A DNA stretch of 64,000 nt from Dehalococcoidia bacterium (GCA_963667205.1 OY762959.1:680857-744856); one strand, 5' to 3'; numbered from the stretch's first letter, positions 1 through 10,138 are shown. Made by a program: numbers and translations. Notes: generated by a model from the sequence alone, not told the origin.

Positions 1-639
1 GAGCGACATCATGCCCTGCACGACGATGTCCGGAAAGCCGAGCTTGCGCGCCATCTCGCGGTCGTTGTGATAGGTCTTGTGCGGCCCGGAAAACTTCTGG
101 CACATCTCCAGCGTGATCTCCTTCTCCGGGACCGATAGCTCTTCGAGCACGGTCTCGTCCTCCCCCTCGAAGCGGCGGTCTGAACGCTTCTCGCGCTTCT
201 TATCGACGACGTCGCCCTCGGTATCGGTGCGCAGGAGGAAGCTCTGGTGGGTGCGGCCGCGGTTGAGGATACGGCCGTCCGCAGCATAGATCGCGGTCTC
301 GTTGACGAGGTGCTCGCGGTCGCGCCGTGTGTAGCGGTCGATGATCTGGCGGCGGGCGACGACGGTATCGCCGACCATGATCGGGGCGAAGAGCTCCCAC
401 TCCTGGCGAGCGTGCAGGTTGCCGAAGATGCTCAGGTACCAGTCGAGCGTGTGGTAGACCTCGGAGTGCAGGACCAGGGCGGGCGCGACGGGTCCGCCGA
501 GCGGCGAATCGCCGAAGTACCAGGGGTTGAAGTCCTGCACGGAGTCGGCGTAGTGCTGCACGAGCTCAGGCGTGATCTTGATCTCGCGCTCGCCGTAGTA
601 ACGCCCGACGTGAACTTCGTCCCTGCGTGCCGTCGTCAT
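1..639 (-). CDS. MaoC-like (hotdog-fold) dehydratase, partial at the window edge; C-terminus lies beyond position 1
   Basis: Reverse-strand translation from ATG (rc of cat at 637-639) reads MTTARRDEVHVGRYYGEREIKITPELVQHYADSV...GFPDIVVQGMMSL with no stop before the window start. Hotdog/MaoC-like motif content. It is absent from the ORF track only because it has no in-window stop. Confidence 0.55.
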   Translation of the reverse strand, partial: MTTARRDEVHVGRYYGEREIKITPELVQHYADSVQDFNPWYFGDSPLGGPVAPALVLHSEVYHTLDWYLSIFGNLHARQEWELFAPIMVGDTVVARRQIIDRYTRRDREHLVNETAIYAADGRILNRGRTHQSFLLRTDTEGDVVDKKREKRSDRRFEGEDETVLEELSVPEKEITLEMCQKFSGPHKTYHNDREMARKLGFPDIVVQGMMSL

Positions 640-650
640 CGCCTTCGAGT

Positions 651-1835
651 CTACCTCACCGAGGCAACGCCGACGCCGTCTCCGGAGTCGTTCGTGAGGC
701 GGACGAGATCGCTTCCGTCCGCGTCGATGACGTAGACGTCGCGACGCCCGTCCCGATGGGACGAGAAAGCGATCTGCGTGCCGTCCGGCGACCAGGCGGG
801 GAAGGCGTCCCACCCGGCGTCATCAGTGATGCGGATCAACGCGCCGCCGTCAGCGTTCGCGATGTAAAGCTCAGAGTTGAAGTCCCGGTTGGAGACCAGG
901 GCGATTCGCACACCGTCCGGCGACGAGGCGGGCTGGATGTCCGGCCGAGGAGCGACGGTGACGCGCGTGAGGTAGGAGGGTACGGTGTCCATGACGTACA
1001 CTTCGGCGCTCCCGGAGCGCTCGGAAACGAAGGCGAGGCGGCGGCTGTCGGCGGCCCAGACGGGCGACGTATCGTTGAGGGCGGAGAGCGTGATGTTGAC
1101 CTTGCCGTCGCCGTTCGCCTGCATCATGAAGAGGTCCATGTCGGCGGGCTCCCCCGACTGGTAGGCGATGCGCGAGCCGTCGGGTGACCGTGTGGCCGAG
1201 AAGTCGTCGCGGTCGCTGGAGGTCAGCTGGACCTGGTTGGCGCCGTCGGCGTCCATTTCGTAGATATCGAAGTTGCCGCGGCGGTTGGTGCCGAAGAGGA
1301 GGCGCGAGCCGTCGAGCGACCACTCGTAGGGGATGTCGACGCCCGTGGTGGCAGTCAGCCGCCGGCGGTCCGACCCGTCGGCGGCCATGGTGTAAACGTC
1401 GCCGTCGCGCTCATCGTTGGCCTCCGAGTAGAAGGCGATGCGCGAGCCGTCCGGCGACCAGACCGGGAAGGCGTCGGGCGCGGGATCGCTGGTGAGGCGC
1501 CGAAGGTCCGAGCCGTCGGCGTTCATGACGTAGATATCGACGTTGTCGTCGCGGTTGGGCAGATTGAAGACACGGTCGGCGTAGAAGGCGATGCGCGAGC
1601 CATCGGGCGACCAGGCGGGCGCCGTGTCCCAGGGCAAGACGTCGGTCAGCGACTCCGGGGGCTGACGGCCCGGCGCCGGGACGCGGATCTCGTAACCGCC
1701 GGCGGCGCGGGAGAAGAGGACGATCCGCCCCTGCGGCGTGTCGTCGCTGCCCGAGCAGCCAGAAGCGAGCATAGCGAGTGCGCCGACGACAGCAGAGGCG
1801 GCGAGAAGGATTTGGGATCGCGGACGGAGGGGCAT
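651..1835 (-). CDS. TolB-like beta-propeller lipoprotein (PD40 repeats)
   Basis: 394-aa ORF. Lipoprotein-type signal (..LASGCSG). Repeated SPDGSRIAF / VYVMNADGS blades typical of the PD40/TolB family. Confidence 0.7.
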   Translation of the reverse strand: MPLRPRSQILLAASAVVGALAMLASGCSGSDDTPQGRIVLFSRAAGGYEIRVPAPGRQPPESLTDVLPWDTAPAWSPDGSRIAFYADRVFNLPNRDDNVDIYVMNADGSDLRRLTSDPAPDAFPVWSPDGSRIAFYSEANDERDGDVYTMAADGSDRRRLTATTGVDIPYEWSLDGSRLLFGTNRRGNFDIYEMDADGANQVQLTSSDRDDFSATRSPDGSRIAYQSGEPADMDLFMMQANGDGKVNITLSALNDTSPVWAADSRRLAFVSERSGSAEVYVMDTVPSYLTRVTVAPRPDIQPASSPDGVRIALVSNRDFNSELYIANADGGALIRITDDAGWDAFPAWSPDGTQIAFSSHRDGRRDVYVIDADGSDLVRLTNDSGDGVGVASVR

Positions 1836-1944
1836 CTCTTGCTTTAGGCGACTGATCGGTCACATTCTTGCAGGCTACATGTTCTCACGATTAAACTACA
1901 ACCCGCTCTGCCAGCCGGCGGAGCGTCATTGAGAAGACTTCCTG

Positions 1945-3072
1945 ATGCTACTCGTCGCCCGCAAAAACCTGTTGGCGGAGAAGACACGCCTCGCGATTTC
2001 GATCGGTGGCATCGCCCTCTCGGTGTTCCTGATCGCCATCCTGCTGTCGCTCTTCCGGGGCTGGAGCGAGCGTGTGGGGAGCTTCGTCGAGGACGTGCCG
2101 GCGGACCTCTGGGTGGCCAGCGAGGGGACGACCGACTTCACCGCCGCCGCCTCGATTGTGCCGTCGTCGCTGGGGCTCCGGCTGGAGCTGATCCCGGAGA
2201 GCGACGTTGTGGCGCCGCTGATCGTGCGGCCGATGGAGATGTCGCACCTCGGCGGGGATCCCGACGACACGTTCGACGTTCACTTCGTGGGCTACAGCCC
2301 GGAGATCGGACTAGGCGGCCCGCTGGAGGTAACCGAAGGCAAGAGTCCGCCGGGCCCCGGCGAGATGATCGTCGACGAGCAGATGCACCGCCGCTTTGAC
2401 GTCGACATCGGCGACCGCCTGGTCCGCGGAACGAAGTCGCTGACGGTGGTGGGATACTCGAAAGGCGGCGACTTCGTCTACACGCAGGTGGGCCACGTGA
2501 CGATCGACACCGCGGTCGACTTCCTGGAGCTGGACCCGCCGTCACAGCGGACGTTCTTCTTGATGACGCTGAACGACCCGAGCGAACGGGAATCAGTGGC
2601 CCGGCGCATGGAGATCGTGCTGCCGGGCGTTGAGTTCATCACGGGCGAGTCGTTCGCGGCGGAGACGCGAGACCGCATCCTGGGCCAGATCCTGCCGATC
2701 CTGATCGTCGTGCTGATCGTCGCCTTCATCGTCGGACTGGCGGTGGCCGGGCTGACGATCTACACGGCGACGATCAAGAAGTCGCGCGAATACGGGATCC
2801 TGAAGGCCGAGGGCTTCACGAATCCGTACCTGTATCGGGTCGTGTTCGAGCAGAGCATGGTCACCGGTGTGCTCGGGTTCCTGATAGGCGCCGGCATCAC
2901 GGTCTTCGTTGGTCCGGTGGCGCAGGCCCAGGTCCCGCAGTTCGTCGTATTCGTACGCTGGCAAGACATCATTGGCATCGCGGGCGCCACACTGCTCATG
3001 GCGCTGATCGCTGCCTACATCACCGTTAGAAGGCTAACAAGCATTGACCCAGTCTCCGTCTTCAAAGGCTGA
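1945..3072 (+). CDS. ABC transporter permease, FtsX/DevC-like
   Basis: 375 aa with an N-terminal TM, a large periplasmic loop and 3 C-terminal TMs. Overlaps the start of the ATPase gene. Confidence 0.8.
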   Translation: MLLVARKNLLAEKTRLAISIGGIALSVFLIAILLSLFRGWSERVGSFVEDVPADLWVASEGTTDFTAAASIVPSSLGLRLELIPESDVVAPLIVRPMEMSHLGGDPDDTFDVHFVGYSPEIGLGGPLEVTEGKSPPGPGEMIVDEQMHRRFDVDIGDRLVRGTKSLTVVGYSKGGDFVYTQVGHVTIDTAVDFLELDPPSQRTFFLMTLNDPSERESVARRMEIVLPGVEFITGESFAAETRDRILGQILPILIVVLIVAFIVGLAVAGLTIYTATIKKSREYGILKAEGFTNPYLYRVVFEQSMVTGVLGFLIGAGITVFVGPVAQAQVPQFVVFVRWQDIIGIAGATLLMALIAAYITVRRLTSIDPVSVFKG

Positions 3073-3787
3073 CGCGCCCGAGCCGGCGCAGGAGCGGCAG
3101 ACGATCCTGCGGCTGGACGGCGTCAGCAAGATCTACCGCTCCGGCGAGTTCGAAGTGAAGGCGATCGACGACGTCACGTTCCACGTTCGGGGCGGTGAGA
3201 TCGTCGCCGTCATGGGCCCGTCTGGATCCGGCAAGACGACGCTGCTGACGATCGCGGGGGCGCTACTGACGCCCACCGTGGGGCGGGTAGAGGTCTGCGG
3301 GATCGACGTCAGCGGCATGAGCGAGAGCCAACTGGCCGGTATAAGGCGGAACAAGGTTGGGTTCGTCTACCAGAGCTCCAACCTGCTGGAGGCGCTTACC
3401 GCGCTGGAAAACGTGCGCATCGTCTCCCAAAATCACGCAGACGACAAGCAGGCTGCGGGCGAGCGAGCGAAGGATGTGCTGGAGATGTTCGGCCTGGGCC
3501 ACCGAATGAACGCGCTGCCGAAGAATATGAGCGACGGCGAGAAGCAGCGAGTCGCCATCGCCCGGGCACTGGCGAAGGACCCCGAGCTGCTGCTGGCGGA
3601 CGAGCCGACGGCGAATCTGGACGCGAAACGTGGGCACGAGGTGATGGAGCTGCTGCGCCAGAAGGCGATGGAGCTGAACAAGGCGGTGGTCGTCGTCTCG
3701 CACGACAACCGCATCCGGCAGTTCGCAGACCGCGTGGTGTGGCTGGAGGACGGCCGCCTGAGCGACGACGAAACGCACTCCGTCTGA
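3044..3787 (+). CDS. ABC transporter ATP-binding protein (MacB/LolD/DevA-like)
   Basis: Walker A GPSGSGKTTLL, ABC signature LSDGEKQRVAIARAL, Walker B LLLADEPT. Confidence 0.88.
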   Translation: MTQSPSSKADAPEPAQERQTILRLDGVSKIYRSGEFEVKAIDDVTFHVRGGEIVAVMGPSGSGKTTLLTIAGALLTPTVGRVEVCGIDVSGMSESQLAGIRRNKVGFVYQSSNLLEALTALENVRIVSQNHADDKQAAGERAKDVLEMFGLGHRMNALPKNMSDGEKQRVAIARALAKDPELLLADEPTANLDAKRGHEVMELLRQKAMELNKAVVVVSHDNRIRQFADRVVWLEDGRLSDDETHSV

Positions 3788-3968
3788 GACTCGCCCGAGC
3801 CAGGCGCCGGAGGCTCCGGATCGCATGGGCCAAATGGCGCTATCCAGTTGCTCGAAGATGGCGTCCCGCCACAGGAAAGCGCGGTCTTCGGGCGGGCGCG
3901 ACTTCACCAAGGCTGAACCGTCCCTTACCCGCCGCCGGTAACCGCTTCGTTATGTCCGCGGTCTCCCC

Positions 3969-4964
3969 TTGTGGATGGAGATTCAGCGGGTGCTCAAGCG
4001 ATTAGTCCTCGGCGGCGCCGTCCTTGCCGCCTTGCTCAGCGCAGTTTCGCTCGCCGGCGACTTCCACCGGGGAGCAACGGCCAGCGTTCAGCTCAGCCCG
4101 GAGGAGCAGGCGTTCACCGTCCTGCTCACCGACTATCGGGCGGAGAACGGGCTGGGCCCGCTGAGTATCGACTCCAGCATCCAGGCGGCGGCGGAGTGGA
4201 TGAGCACCGACATGGGCGAGGAGAACTACTTCAGTCACACCGACTCGCTCGGCCGTAGTCCGTGGGACCGAATGTGCGACTTCGGTTACTGCTACAACAC
4301 ATGGAAGGGCGAGAACATCGCGGCCGGCTACGCGTCGGCCCAGACGGTATTCGACGCCTGGAGGAACTCCCCCGGCCACAACGCGAACATGCTCAGCGAC
4401 AAATTCGTCGTGATTGGGATCGCGCGCGTGCAGACTGCCGGTAGCACTTACGGCTACTACTGGACGAGCGACTTCGGCGGCTATCTCGCGGAGCCACCGC
4501 CGCCGCCCGCGCCGACCGACACGCCCGGCCCCACTCCATCGTCCGCACCGACCGACACGCCAAGCCCCACGCCATCGTCCGCACCGACGGCCACGGTGAC
4601 GCCTTCACCAACACCTACGCCGTCGCCCTCAACACCGCCTGCAACACCCACGCCTGTTGTGACGCCGGAACCGACGCCGACGGCGACACCGCCGCTGGCG
4701 TTCGCCAGAGCGGACGTCAACTGTGATGGCGAGGTGACAGCGGCGGACGCGCTGGCGCTGCTGCGCTACGCCGGCGAGCTGCCCGTCGAGACGCCGCCGG
4801 GATGTCCGGCGATTGGTGAAGGGGCCGGCGCTGCGCAGACGGCATCCGCCGGGCCGGCTCTGCAGGGCGACGTCGACTGCAACTCAGTCGTTGACGCCGC
4901 CGACGCCCGGGGCGCGCTCCTCAGCGCCAGCGACATCGAGATGCCCTCGGCCTGCGACGCCTAG
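3969..4964 (+). CDS. Secreted CAP/SCP-domain protein (YkwD-like) with Pro/Thr linker and C-terminal Cys-dockerin-like double repeat
   Basis: Signal peptide. YRAENGL...NYFSHTD...PGHNANML motifs of bacterial CAP (YkwD) domains. 42-nt tandem repeats encode PTDTP(G/S)PTPSSA. C-terminal DVNCDGEVTAADALALLRYAG...GCP and GDVDCNSVVDAADA...CDA. Confidence 0.75.
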   Translation: MWMEIQRVLKRLVLGGAVLAALLSAVSLAGDFHRGATASVQLSPEEQAFTVLLTDYRAENGLGPLSIDSSIQAAAEWMSTDMGEENYFSHTDSLGRSPWDRMCDFGYCYNTWKGENIAAGYASAQTVFDAWRNSPGHNANMLSDKFVVIGIARVQTAGSTYGYYWTSDFGGYLAEPPPPPAPTDTPGPTPSSAPTDTPSPTPSSAPTATVTPSPTPTPSPSTPPATPTPVVTPEPTPTATPPLAFARADVNCDGEVTAADALALLRYAGELPVETPPGCPAIGEGAGAAQTASAGPALQGDVDCNSVVDAADARGALLSASDIEMPSACDA

Positions 4965-5025
4965 CGCGCTGATCCGCCCGAGCCGGGAGCGCGTAGTATT
5001 GGCTGATGAGTCCGTTTGGGCGACA

Positions 5026-6838
5026 ATGGCTCGTGAGCTCCTCAATGCACACACCCATCGTGACGGACGTGTCGTGAAGCGAGTGCTCTTGCTCCTGCCG
5101 CTGCTCCTGATCAGCGCGCTTGTGCTCCAGGATGGGCTCGAGGCACCGGCACCCTCGTCCGCGGACGGAGAAGTGATTCCGGGGCGCTACATCGTGCTGT
5201 TGGAGCCGGGCACCGACCGCGCCCGGGCCGCGCGGGACCTCGACGTCGACGTGCGCGCGTTCTACGGGAGCGCGGTCAGCGGGTTCTCCGCAGAGATGAG
5301 CGCCGAGCGCGCCGCCGAGATCGCCGAGTCGCCGTCCGTGGCGCTGGTTGAGCCTGTGAGGCGGGTGCGGATCGCGCTGCACGAGAACGCCTTCCAGACG
5401 CTGATCGAGGGCGTCGACCGCGTCGACCTCGACGAGAACGCCGCGGCCGGCGTCGGCCTGCCGGCAGGACCCGACGTGGACGCCGATATCGCAATCATCG
5501 ACACCGGGATCGACCTCGACCACCCGGACCTCAACGCGCTGCCGGGGTTCGGTGCGTATGAGGCACGGCTGCCGGACGATCCGGAAACGGGCTTCCCCGT
5601 CTACGGCGACTGCAACACGGCGAGCGACCCGGAAGACGAGCACGGGCACGGAACGCATGTGGCGGGCACGGCAGGAGCGATCGACAACGAGATCGGCGTC
5701 GTCGGGACGGCCCCGGGCGCGCGCCTCTGGGCCGTGCGCGTGCTGCGCGACGATGGCTTTGGCTGCGACGAGGACGTGCTGCTGGGCATCGACTGGGTGA
5801 CGGAACGCAAGATGGAGTTCGACGAGAGCCCCGGCGACGGCGACGGCGACCCCGGCATCAACTTTACGGTCGCCAATATGAGCCTCGGAGGAGACCCCAG
5901 CCCGGTGCTGTGCGTAGGCATCGCGAACTCCGTGGCCGCGGGCGTGATGTACGCCGTCGCGGCCGGCAACGACGCGGCCGCCGCCTCTGTCAGCGGCCCT
6001 GCTGACTGCGCCGACGTGGTCACCGTCTCCGCCTTCGCGGACTACGATGGGCAGCCCGGTGGGCTGGCGGCAAACGTGTTCGTTGACAGGCTCCGGCCAG
6101 CCGCATCCGGACGACGGTTTCGCGTTGTTCAGCAACTACGGTCCGCTGGTGGAGATTGCCGCGCCGGGTGTATGCATTACGTCGACCTACTTGACGTCGC
6201 CGGACGGGGAGTACGCTGCTCTCAGCGGCACGAGCATGGCCACGCCGCACGTAGCGGGCGCTCTCGCGCTGTTCAAGGCCTCGACGGGCTACGGCGGGCC
6301 GTACGACGGCGCCAGCCTGATGGCGGCGCTCACCGCCGCCGGCTGGACGCGGCCGCAGAACAGCGCCTGCGGCTTCTCCGGCGACCCGGACGGCTCGCCG
6401 GAGGCGGTGCTCTACATGGGGACCTCCTGCTCGACGGCGACGTCTACGCCATCACCAACGCCGTCTCCATCGCCGACACCGACTGAGTCGCCGACGCCGA
6501 GCGCCTCCCCGTCGCCGAGCCCGACGCCGACGGCAAGCCCATCGCCAACGCCGACGTCAACGCCGCAAGCGCTCGACCCGGCCGATATCAACTGTGACCA
6601 CGCCGTCACGGGCAGCGATTCGCTGATCCTGATCCTCTTCGCGGCGAACGTGGAGACGACGCTCTCGCCCGGCTGTCCGCCGATCGGCGCTCTCTCAGTG
6701 CCGGGTTCGGCCGTGGTGCCGGCGCAGCTGCGCGGCGACATGGACTGCAGCGGCGCCGTCGACGTGAACGACGCGTTGGTGATCCTGAGGCTGCTGGGAG
6801 GCGTCGCAGCGCCGACGGAGATGCCCTGCGCCAGCTGA
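5026..6838 (+). CDS. Subtilisin-like serine protease (peptidase S8 with I9 propeptide) with +1 frameshift near 6068-6085; C-terminal Cys-dockerin-like module
   Basis: Asp ([11 protein letters not shown]) and His ([11 protein letters not shown]) are in frame A (4813..6486). Ser ([13 protein letters not shown]) and FSNYGP are in frame B (6047..6838). The junction lies between [10 protein letters not shown] and [15 protein letters not shown]. An alternative GTG start at 5074 gives [12 protein letters not shown]. Confidence 0.75.
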
Positions 6839-6857
6839 GCGACGCCCGCCTCCGCCG

Positions 6858-7826
6858 CTAGCCGAGCCGGTCAACCGAGAGCACCACGACCTGGTCGGCG
6901 CCCGCGCAGGCGACGTAGAGCGCCCCCCCCGGGCCGACGGCGACGTCCCATGGGCCGGCCGACACCGCCGCCGTCTCGACCACTTCGTTCGTGGTGGTGT
7001 CGATGACCGAGACGCTTGCAGAGAGCGAGTTAGCGACGTAGGCGCGGCCGCGTTCGGTATCGAGGGCGACGGCGTAGGGCCCGCTCTCGACCGCGACCGT
7101 GGCGATCGCCGCGCCGGTTTCGACGTCCACGACCGAGACGGTAGAGGCTTCCGAATTGGCGACGTAGAGGCGCCCCGCGGCGGCATCGAGAGCGAGGCCA
7201 CGCGGCCGGCCGTCGACGTCGAAGCGCTGGGTGACCGCGCCGGAGGCCGGGTCGAAGACGAGTACCTGGTCCGCGGCCGCGTCGGATGCGTAGAGTTCGC
7301 TGCCGTCGGGAGACAGCTCGAGGCCCCAGGGCTCGTCGACGCCCGTCAAGGTGTCAACGACGGCCCCGACGCGGCCATCGATCACAGAGATCGAGCGGCC
7401 CTCAGCGTTGGCGACGTAGATCAGGTTGGCGGCTTCGTCCACGGCGATCGCCCAGGGTTGCCGGTCAACGGGAACGATGGCGACCGTATCGGCCGTCTCT
7501 GGACTGATCACGTTCACGGTCTCGGTGAAGGAGTTAGTGACGTAGACGAGGCCGCTCTCGCGGTTGACGGCGATCGATGAGGGGCCGCTACCTACCGACA
7601 GGGTGTTGATCGCCATCTGCGTATCGAGGTCGATGATCGAGACGCTTGATGCGCCCTTGTTCACGGCGTAGAGGCGGCCACGCTGAGCATCGATGGCCAG
7701 GCCCCAGGGCTTGGTGCCGGTCGCGATCGCCGGTGCCGGATCGTCGCCGTCTTTGCCGCCGTTGCCGGAGGAGCAGGCGACGAAGAGCGCGGAGAGCAGG
7801 ATCAGGGCGCAGGTAACGGCGCGCAT
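6858..7826 (-). CDS. YVTN-family beta-propeller repeat lipoprotein
   Basis: ATG at 7826 gives MRAVTCALILLSALFVACSS (lipobox). Seven repeats of the LYVAN..S.VSVID type (YVTN 40-residue repeat). Confidence 0.7.
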   Translation of the reverse strand: MRAVTCALILLSALFVACSSGNGGKDGDDPAPAIATGTKPWGLAIDAQRGRLYAVNKGASSVSIIDLDTQMAINTLSVGSGPSSIAVNRESGLVYVTNSFTETVNVISPETADTVAIVPVDRQPWAIAVDEAANLIYVANAEGRSISVIDGRVGAVVDTLTGVDEPWGLELSPDGSELYASDAAADQVLVFDPASGAVTQRFDVDGRPRGLALDAAAGRLYVANSEASTVSVVDVETGAAIATVAVESGPYAVALDTERGRAYVANSLSASVSVIDTTTNEVVETAAVSAGPWDVAVGPGGALYVACAGADQVVVLSVDRLG

Positions 7827-8045
7827 CGCGGCTGAGTATAGCAAACGGGCGCCGCCACAGGCCGGTGCGTTGCCGCCGCCGGGAGCCGGAGCCGATTTCA
7901 ACGGCGACGGCACCGTCCTCCGTGTTGATGTGCGTGCCTGAGCGCTATACGATCAAACGGCGTGCCTATCCCAGACTGCCCCTTCGCCCCACAGGCCCTC
8001 GCCAGAGGGCAGTCCAGCCCTGCGCGCACGCTGGGACTGCTGGCG

Positions 8046-9101
8046 ATGACGCTGACCGCCTGCGCGCTTCTCCTCGCCTGCAGCGCCAGCGGCGAGTTCG
8101 CCCCGCCGACTGCAACACCGCTTCCATCAGCGACGCCGACGGGCGCTCAGATCGCCTACGTCTCGGGCGAGAGTACCTCAACGATCCGTCTGGTCAATGA
8201 GTTCGCGCTCAACGACGTGAGCATCTCCCAGCCCGGCGGCGTCCGCAGCACCTACCCTCGATGGTCTCCGGACGACGAGCAGATCGCGTTCGTCGCGCCC
8301 CGGGACGGCCAGCTCGAAATCTTCGTCATGGCGTCAGACGGAACGCTGTTGCGGCGGTTGACGAACGACCCGGAGGCGGACCTCCTTCCTGCGTGGTCGC
8401 CAGACGGTTCTCAGATCGCCTTCATCTCTTCGCGTGATGGGAACTCCGAGATATACGTTATGAACGCCGACGGCTCCCAACCGACGCGTCTGACAAACGA
8501 CCCGGCGCTGGCCGCCTACCCAACGTGGTCCCCGGACGGCTCGCAGATCGCCTTCGCATCGGACCGCGCCGGCAATCGGGGGATCTACCTTATGAACGCC
8601 GACGGCAGCGATGTGCGCCGGCTCACCGAATCGCCGCAGCTGGACGTTTCGCCGAAGTGGTCGCCGGACGGCACACGTATCGCTTTCGTGTCGTTCCGGT
8701 CCGGCAACGGTGACATCTACACGGTGGGAGTGGATGGTGAGAACCTTGTACCCGTCACGTCGGCGGAGACGCTGGAGCGAGCGATCGCCTGGTCACCCGA
8801 CGGCTCGCGCATCGCTTACGAGGCGGTCTCCGAGGATGGCACGTCGATCCACATCGTGAATGCCGACGGCAGCGAGGACGAAACGTTGACCGACGAGTTC
8901 TCGGTGGCTACGGACCCGGATTGGTCGCCGGACGGAACGCGGATCGCCTTCATGGCGGAGGTGGACGGCAATCGGGACGTCTACACGATCGAGGTCTTCC
9001 TCGATGACGGTTCGATCGTTGGCGTGACCAGCCAGGCCGAAGCCGATGCCGCCGCCACACCGGAGATCGATCTTAGCTCGTGCCCGGACGCCGTGAGCTA
9101 G
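8046..9101 (+). CDS. TolB-like beta-propeller lipoprotein (PD40 repeats)
   Basis: ATG at 8046 gives MTLTACALLLACSAS. Repeated WSPDGSQIAF / IYVMNADGS blades. Confidence 0.7.
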   Translation: MTLTACALLLACSASGEFAPPTATPLPSATPTGAQIAYVSGESTSTIRLVNEFALNDVSISQPGGVRSTYPRWSPDDEQIAFVAPRDGQLEIFVMASDGTLLRRLTNDPEADLLPAWSPDGSQIAFISSRDGNSEIYVMNADGSQPTRLTNDPALAAYPTWSPDGSQIAFASDRAGNRGIYLMNADGSDVRRLTESPQLDVSPKWSPDGTRIAFVSFRSGNGDIYTVGVDGENLVPVTSAETLERAIAWSPDGSRIAYEAVSEDGTSIHIVNADGSEDETLTDEFSVATDPDWSPDGTRIAFMAEVDGNRDVYTIEVFLDDGSIVGVTSQAEADAAATPEIDLSSCPDAVS

Positions 9102-9330
9102 GAACCGCAGCAAGCTCCTCGATCTCGAAAACGGTAGGTCGGCGTGCGCACCAACCTGGCGCGCGCTGACGACGACGGGCTCACGTGGAGGTTCGTTGAA
9201 TCGCTCGACGAAACCCGCCCGATCCGCAGCTGCGCCTTCCTTGACGCGTCTTCTCAGTTGACTCTGATTATCGTACAGGCAACGGGGTGTTGGGGCATTT
9301 CGTTCGCACACGGCGCAGCGGGAGGGTTGG

Positions 9331-9830
9331 TTGATGCGACAGCCACGGTTTCTGGCTCTGGCCATCGTGGTCAGCCTAGCTACCTTGGCCGGCCCGCCGT
9401 CTGTGGCGCACGGAATCCTCTTGCTTACGGTCGACAGAACGGCTGACACCACGGACGGCTCCTGTGATGCGCCGTCGGATTGTACACTTCGAGAAGCGAT
9501 CATCGCCACCAACGCCGCTGGCACTCCCGACCTAATCAACTTCAGCATCCCGGGCGCTGGACCACACGATCGCTCTGGCATCCCCTCTTCCGACGGTCAC
9601 AGACGCTGTAGTGATCGATGGCACAAGCGAGCCTGACTACGCACCAGGGGTGCCAGTCGTCGTCCTGGACGGCTCCGCCGCCGGGGTCGGCGCTAACGGG
9701 CTTGAGATCACCGGTAGCACCACGGTGAAGGCCTCGTCATCCACAGCTTCGACGCTGCTGGCGTCAAGCTGTCCAGCAATGGCGGCAACGTTCCTGATAC
9801 ACGATCCTAAGCCCCAGGCGTGAGTCGCCC
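9331..9830 (+). pseudogene. Decayed N-terminal fragment of a CSLREA-domain / right-handed beta-helix secreted protein (at least 2 frameshifts, truncated)
   Basis: Signal peptide followed by DGSCDAPSDCTLREAIIATNAAGTPDLINFSIPGAGPH (CSLREA-type motif). The continuation TIALASPLPTVTDAVVIDGTSEPDYAPGVPVVVLDGSAAGVGANGLEITGSTTVK and GLVIHSFDAAGVKLSSNGGNV lies in other frames. The whole thing ends after about 170 aa. Confidence 0.6.
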
Positions 9831-9895
9831 GGCGCCGTCACAACGAAGAAGTCGTCTCCGTCAATCAGATCCTGCGTACTGACCGGCTCGGCAAA

Positions 9896-10138
9896 TCATA
9901 GCTGGATGGCGAATGGAGGCTCGCTGATAGTGGCACCGTTGGCGGGGCTGGAGAGGCTTAGCACCGGCGCCTCATCGGCCTGCCCTTCGCTGCGCGCCGG
10001 CGACAAGAGGGCGAGGGACACTGCGGCAAGCAAGGCGATCGTGAAGACGAGGGCGGTGCCCCGACTCCTTGGAAGTTTCACGAAGCGGAATGTATCACGG
10101 CGAATTGGTCGAGACAAACGGCGGCTTGACGGCGACAT
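9896..10138 (-). CDS. Small hypothetical membrane protein
   Basis: 80-aa ORF with one predicted TM (ALVFTIALLAAVSLALLSPA). No recognisable family. Could be spurious. Confidence 0.25.
   Translation of the reverse strand: MSPSSRRLSRPIRRDTFRFVKLPRSRGTALVFTIALLAAVSLALLSPARSEGQADEAPVLSLSSPANGATISEPPFAIQL

Noticed and set aside
247-735. 162-aa plus-strand ORF (and 9..287, 200..400 ORFs)
   Set aside because: It lies antisense to and inside the MaoC-like gene reading toward position 1. High-GC antisense frames are open by chance, and the encoded sequence is low-complexity (R/A/G-rich).
4921-6135. 404-aa minus-strand ORF
   Set aside because: Entirely antisense to the subtilase gene, whose catalytic motifs are unambiguous on the plus strand.
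4495-6570. Pro/Thr-rich tandem DNA repeats (CAP linker 4495-4690, subtilase 6440-6560)
   Set aside because: These are coding inter-domain linkers, not non-coding repeat elements.
8793-9581. 262-aa minus-strand ORF
   Set aside because: Overlaps the end of the TolB-like gene and the CSLREA remnant on the opposite strand. No features. R/A-rich composition typical of spurious high-GC ORFs.
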